From positions 9,984,001 to 10,048,000 of the forward strand of contig OZ249436.1 in assembly GCA_965235115.1 (NCBI GenBank): a DNA stretch of 64,000 bases. The letters are read 5' to 3'. The notes under the pieces were generated by a model that saw only the letters and a list, made by a program, of their open reading frames with translations, ran no database searches and was not told the DNA's origin. This document shows positions 1 to 14,200 of the stretch, piece after piece. The position numbers and the translations under genes were made by a program. The first letter of the stretch is position 1. Every line of letters begins with the position of its first letter. Origin of the DNA: Laetmonice hystrix (lineage: Eukaryota).

Positions 1-2044
1 AACGTCTATCTCCAGGATCGAGTTAAGCCTTATCAACGTCGCGATTCATGCATATAAACGAGGCCAGCTGCTTCCCTTTGTGCTCCAGTACAATATCACT
101 GACCTTAATGTGCAATGGTGACCTTTCAAAATTGAAATATGAGCATCTCGAACAAGACATGATAAAATTGAGCTTTCGAATCTCGTTGGGTACACTGACT
201 TCTGGTTCAAGGGAGGAGCGTGTACTTTGAAACACTTGCAAAGTGTCCAGACCGTATTCTTCAAAACGATACTTTTGCTGCAAGAAAGATGTTCAGCTCG
301 CGAACATATTTTGAATTCACCTTCGAGGAAGTTTCACCATAGCCAAATTGAACATAATGTCACGCATGTCCGACAGCCCGAAAACCCTTGTCGTGACCCC
401 TGCCTTAGGGGGTCAGCTGCCCTCTGTCCGGTCGGCGTTCCATCCTACAAACTCATTAATTAATTAGCTTTCCCCTAATGAGATGCAAATTGAAAGAAAA
501 TTACAACGGCCGGAACATTAAAAATCAAATTACGAGCAGCGGCTGCGGTCGCCATGGGGGATTTGGATGATTCCTGGCGGTGAATCAGAGCATGAAATAG
601 ACTAACGGAGGAGATACGGGTTTGTCGTTGACCTGTGAACGTGTGAACCGCCAGCCTCCACCAGCGCACAGCCACTGTCAATCTCGTAAAGCATTTGTTC
701 TCGGGCGCTCATAGTCACCCATCCAGCTAATCGATTAGAAGCATGTTCGTTCTTTTGAACCGAAACGAGAAGCAAATAAGAAATTGTTGGTGTAGACAAG
801 GTCATTTCCCTCAGGAAATTGTCGTTTGCCTGTATCAAGACATTGGCCCGAGCAAAATGTGAGAACGCATATGATTTAAAGACATGAGGCTGGTCGGTTT
901 CACCACGACCAGAGTAACAACCCTCTCAGGAGAGGCAGTATCTTAACTTGCAATGGCGTGTGATGTTTAATACAATGAATAACGCATACTGCTGTTTGTC
1001 ATAAACAGCGCCTCAATACATGTACAGGCCCCTGTTCTACATCATTCGTCCAACCTCTATCAAGCTTTAAAAGGAGGCTGGAATAGTCCGCGTGATGCCT
1101 GCCATTATTGCAGTTTTGTCCATCAGGAATTCTGTTTTACCTATAAAACCACTTATACTCACCTTTATAAATACCGTTGTGCATAAGTGATGATTAGTGT
1201 CATATGATGAAAGACTCAATTATGAGAAAACACGTTAAAAATAATGACAAAATTATCACTTAGGAAACAAATCTTACTGGAAATGTAAGCGTCTTTACAT
1301 CAAGCCTTCTACACAAACGCTTAGATATATTTTAAAATGTTCTGTATAGCTTCGTATCCAACTGCTGCGGCATTTCATACAATATTTTGAATTGTCAGTG
1401 ACACTCGATACAGAAAGACATGAGTGTGTCACATCTTTGATCTTCGACAGCAGACCAGAAAGAAACGTTAAAACGTACAAGTTTAATAAAATTGTCATCA
1501 ATACTATATGCATGGCGTGAAAGGAGCATGACCGTGTTGGAAATGCCATGCTGGTCCATGCTGATTTAAATCGTTTCCATCAAAATGTTTCATGCAAAAT
1601 AAATTGGTAAAATGTGATATGCCATAATAAATGGTTCTAATGGTAAAAAGGGGATTTTGATTAAAACGGTCAAGCGTAAGTTCGGTGTACGAAAAATTGA
1701 CACCATATAAGACACTGCAATGAATTGCACATGCCATAATTGGTGAAGGGTTCTCACAAAGTCACAAAAATTACGAACGTGACGCGGGATGACGAACGTT
1801 TGGTTCAAAAGGAAAACATAAATGCATACGCCTGAGATTGGTTCGATATAAACGGAAACGGTGGGCATGGTGGAACAAACGTCCTAAAATCACGGAAGGA
1901 CTGGAACACTTCGGAACTGACAGCAACATCGGAAACACGGCAATGCAACCAACCAACTAGTTAACCAACCAACCAACCAATACGTATGAGGTATGTATAA
2001 TATAGATAGAGAGAGAACACAACGCAACACCTAGTGTGTCCTAC

Positions 2045-2233
2045 CTTTGCATGCTTTTCTGTTGGTTATTGGTTTGGTTTGATCTCGGTAATATCCCTCT
2101 TGACAATAATGGCAATGTCGGCCGGCCGTGTTGTGCCTACATTTTAGGCACACTCCCCCACTCCGCCGCCCCGACAAAAGGTATAATTCCTTATTGAAAC
2201 GACATCGGCGGGCGTGCAAGTTACAGTTGCAGG
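2045..2233 (-). CDS. NTN1: Netrin LE2 (V-2) exon, copy B
   Basis: ttgcag|CC..AAAG|gtagga; 189 bp; [63 protein letters not shown]. Confidence 0.93.
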
Positions 2234-5200
2234 CTGCAAGACAAAAGAGGAATGAGAACTATAATAGTATAAAATGCATGTTGCCTACCTTTGCACGCCT
2301 TACGATGAGTGATGGGCTTATGTTGGTCCCTATAAAAGCCCTCTTTACAGTAATGGCAATTGCGGCCTGCTGTGTTATGCCTACAGTTCACGCACACCCC
2401 TCCGCTCCTGCGGCCAGATAATTTGTATAGCTCCATATTGAAGCGACATTGCCTGGCATGGAGATTACAGTTACAGGCTGAAAGTAGATAGAAGGAAGAT
2501 GTTTAACGACAGTTAAAGGGTAGATCAGGGCAGAGACGAGCGGTTAGTAGTTGGGCCCACTGCAAGTCTACAGCACCATGGCGTGGCGTACACCAAGCGA
2601 CGCAGGATGACTTCTTGCACGGAGACTCGCTCACACAGTTGGAGAATGCAGTCTACACTTCCTATACCACAAGTCAACCAAGCGTCCCAACCGCCCTTCT
2701 AGAAAAGCAAGACACTGAGGCATTAGCACAGAAGACATTGCAATGCAGTTATCCAAAGAGAGGCGGGGAGTATTTAGACGCATTCCGTCGACCACATCGG
2801 CGTAAAGAGGCTAGCATGTCCGTATTAGTAATATCCAGGAATAAAAGATGTGTTTACTAGTCTAACAAATCAAGCAGTTACTGTCAAGTAGGACTTCATA
2901 ATTTTTCTAAGACCATGCATAATGCAAAAGGTACCACGGTCCACAAACATTATTGCAATGTGGACCCTATATAAACACTAACCTAGAAGCTGTAGCATAA
3001 AAGCACTGCTTAACATATAAAAGCCAATTTCTTTATGTAATGTGCCCCCCTCTTTCTATTCCCAATAATCCTTTGGAAACATTTCATTCATTGAATGTTA
3101 AAAAAATGTGTTAACAGTATTAGGTGGTTTTATTATTCAATGGGCATTATAAAAATCATGATAATTTCAAACTTGCTAAGGTTTCAATCATGAGGCATTT
3201 TTTAATCCATTTATTTATAGGCCCTGTTATTCCTAATACATCAAGGAATCAGTCTGTCAAAATATTGTAGAGTAGAGAAGTAAAAATATAATGTTTTACC
3301 GAAAATAATCCCCCCAGCTGATTATAAATTCACGGACAAAAAAATGAGAAGACGTATAGAATATCATAGCAAAATCCTAAGTACTTTAGGGGAACATTTC
3401 TTAGAATTAATAAAATCTGAAACGATCTTATTACATTATAGAAATCTATTCTAAGGTGGGTATTAAAAAGGCTTTCACTTTCCAGTGATTTACGAGTAAC
3501 AAATGGAGTGAAATACGGGTTAGATCTAATATAAAAGCATAATTAATCCTAACAAAATGGGTTTAAAAGCAAACACAATACAATCACTTCATGCAGTCTA
3601 TGCGAATATTATCGGCACAAGCAAAGCATAAAGCAACCGTGTGTCAAAAATGCAAGTGCGTTTATAAGAATTATTGAGCTTTCAGAATAATAGAAAACAA
3701 GAAAGTCTGGAGATTAGGCAATGTCGTGTCTCCCAACGAGAATAACAAAAAGCGTCAAAATGTAATATCCACCCACCCATATAGCCGCATTGCTTTTTGA
3801 TAATTGTATTTTGAAGACAAAAGGAAGGCATGCAAACAGTAGGCCAACATGCATGGGTCAACCTGTTAGGAAATCACCGAATCAATAAACAAGAGGTATA
3901 TGGCGGATATCAAAGTTGATTCGGTGATACATCACATAAAACAAGGATAATAAATAATTGTAGATATACATGCATAAAATATACGGTTAATCCAATGTAT
4001 ATCTATTACAGCAGAAACGAATACTAATCTATATAAATATCCTTTTTTCAGCATGTATAGAATAGATAAGCATAATCCAGACCAAATCCACCGATTTACT
4101 ATACTTTGTTTTGGCTATTACATATAGTTCTCTGGTGAAAATATGATGGTGCACATGGTACGTCGCCAAAAATAATGTGGGCCTATGTGTTATCTTTGTA
4201 GTCCTATGTGCGAATATGTATGCATAATATTTCATAACTTAATCTGAACCACTGCTTGTCTTATGTTCATGTTTTATTTCGGAAGGGTTGTTACCCTCAA
4301 CTTTCATACGAACCACTAGCCCACACCTTAGGCCTAAAACATAATCATGTTGGACTACTAAAAAATCATTTCAAGGTATTGTCAAGCAAGGTCGGGACCT
4401 ATATATTATAAATGTTGCCTAATAGCGGTGTAGTTTTTGAAGGGATAAATGTAAACACATCTGTACAATGGAAGTCAGGGGCCGAGATCTGACAGACATC
4501 CCTAACCTAGCACCAGGCAGGTGTTCCATGCAGCCCTAGACATCCAGACAATCTTTACGGGATCTGGTAGAGGCGTGGTTAGTATTGTATGCCGATATTC
4601 TGGTTATCTGTCCCACTCGCTGGGCTTGATACAATCATCATGTCTGGCCCGGATCTGTCGGGGTCAGCATCGTTTATTTTCCACCCTACCCATGTAGTGT
4701 CACGCCCCGGCTATCGGACGATCGGGCCGACAAAACCAAGTGGACATGTAATAGGTACATGGGTTTATATACACTTTACGGGGATGGCGAACAGGCTTGC
4801 AAAGTTAACACGCCCATGTTTTTCTGCTATGTCAGCAGATTTGAGAACAGATTGCTCGTGCTCTGTTCATTCTGTATCAGCAGTCGATTTGCGATATAAT
4901 TTTGTTTTTGATCATGTTTTCGTGTAGGAAACAAATGGCCCCGGTTTCTGTCTGTTTGTAGACACGTCGGCCGACGTGTTGGGATAACCCCGACGGTCTC
5001 CAAGTACAGGCGGCCCAGGGCCGACAGATTGGTCGGCGCAGCCACTGCGGTGAAGACGTAGCCATACGTCACACGTTGACACCACTTGGGACGGCGCAGT
5101 ACAACTTGACACCCCTTATCGACTTCATTGTACCAGCTTGTTCCGCCTGGCCCCGGCGCGTGATCTTTAACCTGAGCAGCCCGTCGTATAAAGACTGCCC

Positions 5201-8200
5201 TCCACGAACTTTCTCCCCGCCCAAATCGCCGAGTACATTGACATCAACTATAGGAAGTGATAACGGGGAAACGCAACTTGGTATTATACAGGGTCAGGGC
5301 TCTGATGTTCGTGACCTTGACCCCAGGAGGAGATTAATGACAACTCAATAATACGGCCTTCCGCTAAATGATGTAGGCGTGTGCCATTCACGAGTTCAAC
5401 ATCATTTTCTCGGTTCGAGATCTGATATACAAGACTTTGGACTATAATCTTGATCTCCATAATATATGCCTCATTCAAACATTGCACTCGGCCGGGAATA
5501 CGCCTACTATAACATAATCTGAGCCTGCAACAACAAACATTTAGCCCTGTAGACCCTATAAAACATGACAGTACATGTACTTCCTGACATACCTATATGT
5601 GGCATCCATCTCTCCTGCCTGACTGTTCAGTATCAAAGGAGAGAGGGGTAGGAGAGACAGAGAACAACACTGTTGAGGAGGGTTATCCTTCTCGATGGTT
5701 TCTGGGATATCTAGTATAATGTACATGTAGTCGGGGAATTCTGCAGACAGTCGCTGAATCCGATGGAGATGTGAGACGTATGGGGCTGAATCATTGTTGT
5801 CATAGGGGGTGAAGAAATGTTGTGCTTATACTGGTTGGTGAACCCGGTGAACTTACACGATGCAGCACTCCCATGAACCCTCTATATGATATTGCTCACT
5901 GTTGTCATAAGACATACATATCACCCATGACCTAATGCACCCCGTCGGAAATACCTGCATGCCGAATGGAATCTAATATAAAACAACCAGAAGCTACATG
6001 AGTAAAAAGTTTATGTAGAAAGGGAACTGAAGGGTCAATAATGATAAAAACACAATTTAAGGGTTATCGAAAACCTACATCGGGATCGCTGTGTTTCTGA
6101 AGCTTTACTTTTATATTTCAATAAATCTCTTTCTCACAGCGATTTTCCACCAGTGCCGGGGTCAGTCGTATAAAGGGATACGCCAGCTGCTGAGCCGACG
6201 TGGTGGTGAGGGGGGGGGGGTGCACGTGCTAAAATATGTAAATGGGGCAAGGACAGACAACCAGATTGACTTCTCGTTTTACAGAAACTTAAACTTTGAA
6301 GTTGTTAAAAGTAAAGTACCACTAAGCCTTTATCGAGGTTGTTGGAAAAGCCGTATAACCTAGGGCTGGATTGGTGTCGTTAGCTTGTAGGCCTAACTGT
6401 GAGTAGATCTATATAATGGTCACTGAACACAGAGCTCACGATAACTTTCAGGCCACCGAAATCAACACCTGATAAATCCTGCAGGGCTGATGCTCTACTG
6501 ACCACAGCTATAATATACGCAGGTGTTGGAATATAAGGGGTAGGGGACCGTGCCACTCAAAATTAGAGGGGGGGGGGGGGGGTAAGAATATCATTCAGCT
6601 CCCTATATCACCCCTGGCCCCTGTTTTAGTTCGTCATTTTACCAATCTTAAGACTGAAATTTTAAGACTGACTTGTGCTATGACCTCTCATTGGCTGACT
6701 GCATTTCAAGGACCACCAGAAGCTGTGAAAGAAGAGTTCAGTCTTAAGATTTGAATCTTAAGACTTGGTTTGCAAACTAAAAAGCCGGGCCAGATATATA
6801 ATTGATAGGAATAGGAGTGATTTGATAAACTAGTCCAAACGACTCCCCATCTGGAATAGATTATACGCGCCGACATTATAGCTCCACCGTTTTAAAAACC
6901 TGTAAAATCAGGTTAGTATCACATGCAAAACTCAGATAAATTGAAGTGAGACCAACTACATACATGTAATGTGAGAACGCTCAGCTGACTCCGTTGCGAT
7001 CTAACATCTTCGAACCGCTTTGCCATATGGGGAATTCCCTTATGCGCGCGCAGATGACCTACTTCCGCTATCCTTTTTAGATTTTTAGCTGATTCTGTTG
7101 GATACAGCGGTTTTCGTCGCTTAAAAGCCCCTTTCGTCGGAGGCATATTTGCAAAGCAAGCGTATGCTCAAATATGGTGGAGAGATACGGGTAGTTATCA
7201 TGGGATTCCCTGGAACTTGGGACTATTATGGGATGTTGTTTGAGCGTCATTTGCAGCGCCACTTTCGGAGAGGAGGCAAATTCAAACTCCTGCTATTATC
7301 ATGTTATAGCTTCGGCCCCAATCCTAGTCAACAAAGATCATCATATTGCAGTACTGCAGCAACAGTGTGTCTTCACATTTTATATGTCAATAGGTTGCTA
7401 TGGGTGACAGGTAAGTGTTTTATTTTCGAAGTTACTTCCAGTGTACTTTTAATTTGGTACCATCCAAGCATTTCATGGGTTTACATGTCTAGTTAGGCCT
7501 ATTCTTTAGATGGACGATTTTCCAATAACATCAAACATTGGCAACTATCTATAAAGGGCCTATCATCATTCCTTTACGCCACACTTAATAATGCTGCACA
7601 CGCGAGCGAAAATTGCTACTGCTTCCGCCATTTACTGCACCATGTAGGAGTAGGCTTATGCACTGTTACACTACACATCATGGGTGCTTTTCATTACACA
7701 CTAAACAAAGGCACATGAAGGGACATGCATGCCTTTCATACACATCATATTGCCTACTATAACGACTGTGATTTTACTCATCCATGCCTCCACTGTATCA
7801 ATATCATATCATATCATGAGCAAAGGGATCAAAAAAGGTTCTAAACTCGAAATTGGAGTCTGCACCAGTAGGCCCACGGTATTACGGATAGGACACTTTA
7901 AATTCAGTTGAAATCCTGCATGTGAAAAATATTTGTTGGCAGATGTCAACACTACGTCATGTGTGAGTGTATGGCTCACTGTGAAGACGAGAGGAGAAAA
8001 TTGCATGATTCCGCATAATGTGGACCTAGGCCTAACCTACACAGAGCAAAGTCTGCAATGCTGGGATGGCAATTCCTATAGTTATTGATGAAGCTATTTT
8101 CACGTTTCTGGGCCATATTGTGGGAGGTGAACACACCAGACGAGTCATGTCGTATCTGAATGGACCCACGTGACTAGTGATCGCTAAGACTTCCCTGCGT

Positions 8201-11200
8201 CCATCCATCTTCTCGGATCTGTCACGTGACGGATCCGCCAAACAAGGCGGTCACTACGTCTGAATGGAGACGGATCGAGATACGTATGAAACCTCACAGC
8301 AGAGTACGGGTCGTGATGGTAACCTAGCCGATTCTTCTCACACCAAACGAGGTGAAGTCATCATGAGATGGCATGCATGCTGAAAGTTAGGAGGGTCCTT
8401 TTAGGTGGGTTGAAAGCCGCTCTCTCTCTCTCTTTTATTGCGTATCGATCAAGAGAAACCTTCTGGGGTACGTGGTCAGCATCCGCGACAAGCCACGCGC
8501 ATCCTTTCCCACCACGTCACGTCATGTGTTACGTTACGTCACGTCACGTCACGGACGCGTACCGCTCCAGTGATCAGACCGCCAGGACCATCGCTCGCGT
8601 TTCTCTCCGGTTGTGGGGCCGGGTTTGAAGCAAACCAGAATTGGCGGGACAGGCGTTAGTAACACGTTGCACAATTTGTCGGGACGGGTACTAAACAGGG
8701 GTGTGTAATGTGGTAAATGGTCGGAATGTACAGCCATCGGGCAGGGTGTGAGGAGCGGGCGGCGCCCGCGGCCTCATAGCGAGACATGAACGCCCACCCC
8801 GTCACCGCTTCTGCCTCCCGGAATGAAGATGGATGGCTGACCGAGGTCGGCCCGACTCGGCCTACCCTTCTGTTGGTCGACCGCCTGGCACGCTCGCCTG
8901 CCCGTCACAGACCTCCCGCCCACAAAACCCAGCTCGCATATATACCTAGTTCAATCAAATCCATACGGCGAAAAAAAGTCTGTGCTTGAAAATACTGAGA
9001 AACTGATTTCGCAACCTTTTTCTACTTTGGCCTGCACTAAATGCTCCTCCGTTGCCGGGTAACGACCTCCTACGGGCTCAGCCATGTAGCGTCACGAAGC
9101 TACGGGTGCCCTGATTAATCGGGGGCCTCGGGTGGCCGAGTGGTCTAAGGTGTCGGCTCCATCATGACACCTAGGACCATCGCCTCACACCGCTGCGACC
9201 CGGGTTCGATTCCCGGCCTGGGCTGCATGTGTGAAAGGTTTGTCAGTCAGTTCCTTCCCGAAGGTCGGTGGTTTCCTCCGGGTACTCCGGTTTCCTCCAC
9301 CAAGAAAAACTGACTTTCATCTCATCTTCACCGCCGTGATATGACCCTGGCTGTTGCAAGGCGTAAAACCCCAAATACCCACCCACCCTGATTAATCCAG
9401 GCTTTCTTGTACCAGACAAAGGTCAATGAGTAAAATACTAGTACAGCGTCTTCGTTCAGGTTATTTCCCAAATTTCCAAATGATTACTCAGGCCGTCATG
9501 CACGGGCTCACTTCCTCATTACTTGATGGATTCTCCTTTCCAAGGAACTGTGCCAGTTGCTTGGATTCTTGCGGCGAGGCCTACTCTACACAGAGGTCTA
9601 TAGGCTATCTCTCAGTTCGACTCCAATGGGGTTGAATATCGAGGCCTCGTCATGTGCTAACCAGACGCTCTGGGACTATCACGAAGAAGATGGACAGTGC
9701 TGGTTGCAGTCACACTGTTGTTACCAGCTGCTATGGATATCTTCACTCACCCGCCAATTTTCAGTATGGACAAAATTAATGTGCTCCTGCCCAGTGCCGA
9801 CATGTTTATTTGGCTGTCATTGACGGCTCGAACAAACCGGAGGCCCCCAAGAACAAGTTCAAGAGCTGCCGTCATGAAAGCAGACAGCATCGACGGAAAG
9901 CTACTGCTATACGTAAAGACGATCTTTACAAACAACCACAACTTTTTGTCAAATCCTCTGCATACAATTACTGGAGATGTCATCCGATGTTTCTGTACGA
10001 GGGTATTTTCTCTTTTTTCACTCCTACCGCCAGAGTTGGAGCATTGCACCATGGTGTGTGCCGAGACACGGACGAATTAAGATGTTTCAGGGGGACAAAA
10101 CTGGTGAGATGTTGGTGGATCTGTCAACAAGCTTGTCAGTAATCCTCCCTGAAAACTATTCTTTCGTTGCGGAGATTGTAAATGATAACACACCTGGAAC
10201 AAGATTGCTAATCCGATCTGCGCTCGTTGACAAAGTGTAAACTCGGCCGAGGCTCCAGCCTAACAAACATGTGCCGTGTAGCTGTGATTAAACAGTCAGC
10301 AGAGAACGAAGGAGAACGTGCACAAGTGGCGAAGTCAGAAACTCTCTTGACATCAAAGAAACTGTGTGAAGCTACCTGTATCAATAGTCCCGCTGCGCAC
10401 ATGTCATGCAGGGAGTGACAGCGCTGAGGCCCTGGCGGTGTACAGGGGCATCCAACCAGCAGCCTGGCATATACACGACAGTCCATTAAGCCACCTAGAT
10501 CCGACTGTCTGACAGGACATTGATACAGTACGGCTGGAGACGGTAAGGTACCGGGGTCCCGATCCCTCCGTGGTGTGGGATTGTACCACTCGTTCACCGA
10601 CGTCCCATGGCGAGGACAGTTGCCGGTTGTTTGGTTGACTTGTTTAACACTAAGACGGCATTTAAGACCATTTCAACAAAACACTCACAAACACCTTTTC
10701 AACTGGTGATGAGGAGATGATCACATGGAAACCTCCAACTCGCCAGGTTAATAATACCCTACAGTTTGTGATGAGATCTGGCTGCAAATATCTCATATAC
10801 GCCCACTCTCAAAAACTCGGCTGAATAAACCGATACCTTTTATATGTAGGAAACCTTGAGGGGAGCAGTGTGGCTATACGTGGAAATACTCAAGGCTTAT
10901 AGAGTTCCAATCCTAACCACAAACTTTTCTTACCGCTCCGCGCATTTTTTGCTCGTGGTGGAAAACTAAACGCTTACATAAATAAATTGACAATTTCTAC
11001 ACAGTTTTCGACGATATCCAATATGTGTTCCACTGTGTTCCAATTATATACTTCTGTTCGTGATTCTGCAGCCTATAAAGATTTTGAACTAATGACAGAT
11101 TTGACGGACAAGACTAGTAATCGGTTTATTCATGTTAATTTTCAGTAGATCTATTTGTTCAAGGCATTTTACTTTAGAACATCCCAGAAATAAAAAACTT

Positions 11201-14200
11201 ATTTCTGCTTTCTTGAGAATTAAAATCTCAAACTTGAGAGAAAATGTGTCGTTTATTCATAGGCCTACATGAAGTTAAATTGATCTCTCAATTTATATTT
11301 TCTTTATTACCGCAAAGTCATGTCTTTTTTGGTACATGTATGTATACCTCCACCCTGAGAAACCGTGTACCCTTCCTTTTATCCTTTCTACGCATTAACC
11401 TGTATACATACGCTTAATTTAGATATCTAAGTGATGAGCCAGGGAAAGGGATCCAGGATAGCGCGGGGATAGGCCAGCGGGTTATCCCAGCGGGATACCG
11501 ATAAACTGGGCGGTGGAGTTGGAACCAGTACTCAGTTAAAAGATTCCGGGTCGAATATCCCCCACCAGTCTGCCACATTGACACCAGGATTAGGGCCGGG
11601 TACGTTCTCCACCCCCAACACCCCCCGGCCTACAAAGAAAAATCCCGACGGGTCAAAGCAGAGTCAATTCATCACACATATGTCCGCAGGTGTAAATAAA
11701 CAACTTGCGAGCCAATCTCCGTTTGCCATCGAGCGTAGATCCACACTCGAGCACAATTAGCTAAAGCTAAGGTCTGTGTAGACGGTTGGCCTTCTGTGTA
11801 GCGGCGCTGGAGCAAAACGCACGATACACCATCGGTGGAGGCTTATGCCAACTCAACCAGTAGCATATGCAAAGGTTCCATACAATCGGAGGTATACAGA
11901 GGGGACCACATACAGGCATAAAATGGGGTTGGCTGGGCGGAGTCATCCGAGTGCAGCCCGCCTATAGTGTGAACGTCGTGTCGGTGGCACACTCGGTTGA
12001 ATGCCAGGCCGGGAGGTGTTGGGGGGGGGGGGACTTGCGGAAACTCTTCATCAATTATTGTCAAAATGGACAGCAATAACAGGAACACCATAAAGTGTGC
12101 ACCTTCATATCGTGTCGTTGGGAAGTGCCGATTTGTTAAATATTCATCGGTAGCTCGTAACTTTTAGATCGTGTTAGGGTTTACACGAGAAATACCTTGC
12201 CGCGATATGTATCTGATGAGGCTTCCATTCGTGCCGCGACATGTATCTGATGAGGCTTCTATTCGTGCCGCGATATGTATCTGATGAGGCTTCCATTCGT
12301 GCCGCGACATGTATCTGATGAGGCTTCCATTCGTGCCGCGATATGTATCTGATGAGGCTTCCATTCGTGCCGCGATATGTATCTGATGAGGCTTCTATTC
12401 GTGCCGCGATATGTATCTGATGAGGCTTCTATTCGTGCCGCGATATGTATCTGATGAGGCTTCTATTCGTGCCGCGATATGTATCTGATGAGGCTTCCAT
12501 TCGTGCCGCGATATGTATCTGATGAGGCTTCCATTCGTGCCGCGATATGTATCTGATGAGGGTCTATTCGTGCCGCGATATGTATCTGATGAGGCTTCCA
12601 TTCGTGCCGTGATATGTATCTGATGAGGCTTCTATTCGTGCCGCGATATGTATCTGATGAGGCTTCTATTCGTGCCGCGATATGTATCTGATGAGGCTTC
12701 CATTCGTGCCGCGATATGTATCTGATGAGGCTTCTATTCGTAGAAAGGATATATGATCTCTCCGTGCTATATACTCTAATATCAATAATGCATTAATACA
12801 CAATAATATAGATACTGCATGCATATGGTAGGCCTATAGTCATGAAGATCTATAGATAAACACAAAATAAAACGACTCCGTGCCTTGTCAGATGAGCTTT
12901 TCATACACATCTCCATAATTATCGAACCACAGGGAAAGCTTTCAACATCCTCACTGAGTAGAAACTGAGATGACAATGAATCAATGGGCGTGTTCGCCAG
13001 TCATCCGCCATTCAGCATAGAAATAGCGTGGTTACTGTGGTTGTTGTGATTCTATCTCATGGTCCCGCCGGACTAGTTCCGAGTCACGGAGATGAGCAAG
13101 ACTTGATCAGTCTGTGGCCCTCATGACACACTCCCATATCGGGGCTAAAATCGGTTAGCTGATCCACTGAGTGATGGTCAGTGCCAGCCCAGCGCAGACA
13201 TTGCTATAAATGACGGATATAGCAGACTCACTGAGGACAAAAGAACATTTCTGTCGTTTGGGCCAGTACCCGCCGGCAGCTATATGGTGGTGATGACACC
13301 GCAGAGATCAAGGAACGCGTCATTATGGGCAGTTTGATAGAATCACGATAAATCGTCTCGCCAGAGATACGCCGGGCCGTATGGATCATCGCAACTTTCC
13401 ACTTTCGGTATGCGAACAAAATCCCGAGCGCTTGCAGAGACAGGAGCCCGTGTCTGGCCACCTTGTTCTTACACTGAAACCAATTTGTTTGACCTGTCAT
13501 TGACGGAATCGATTCTATGCCGTCTGCCACAATGACGGACATCGCCCGCGGTGACGGGTAAATGTACTCATTGTAAGCTGTCGGTATGGGCGTCCATGTA
13601 CAAGTGGGATGGTAGGCTGGTAGCGAGGGGAACAATGGCCAGCCTCGCCCCGTTCAGGCCGTCTTAATTAAGGATCTAGCCGGGCACCATCTGCGGCGGT
13701 TTGCTTAAAAGCTACTACGTCATGAAGAGATCCAGACAAACTAGTGTAACTCCCTTAAGTGCTTCAATGAAAGGGAAACGTTTCGATTGTTTCCGGGGTA
13801 GAATAGAGACACGTAACACTGGGGTTCTAATGGTACTTAACTTGGCAGACGGATTCTTTGTGCGACAACTCAGCGGAACTGATGCAACCTCTGTTTGCCG
13901 ACAGTCGGGAGAGTAATACTTTTGCTGGAATACTTTGAAGAGAACATCAAAGTACCGCTAAGAACTGGCTCGCTGCTTTGTGATGAATTTATCTAAAAGT
14001 TTCTTCAAGGCAGCGTGGTTTGATTAATTTGACACCCTGTGTTTGATTAAAATCAATCTACATGGTTTTCAATGGTACAGGTCCTGCACGACGAGCGTCC
14101 GACCTCGGTCCGCCTATACGACATGTGATATCAGGGTTCGACGCGCCGTCTAGCGGTGACCTTTCATCGCCTCCCAGGTGTGAAGCACCATTTAGTCCGG

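Noticed and set aside
9121..9225. tRNA gene
   Set aside because: The A/B boxes belong to a SINE head with body, tail, TSD and a second truncated copy.
9400..10600. Overlapping ORFs suggesting a nested gene or retroelement
   Set aside because: No recognisable domain in any frame; a translated search would be needed.
12198..12740. 34-bp array with CTGATGAG as a hammerhead satellite or CRISPR array
   Set aside because: After GGC..GCC the unit reads GCGA rather than GAAA and no stem III is evident; there are no unique spacers.
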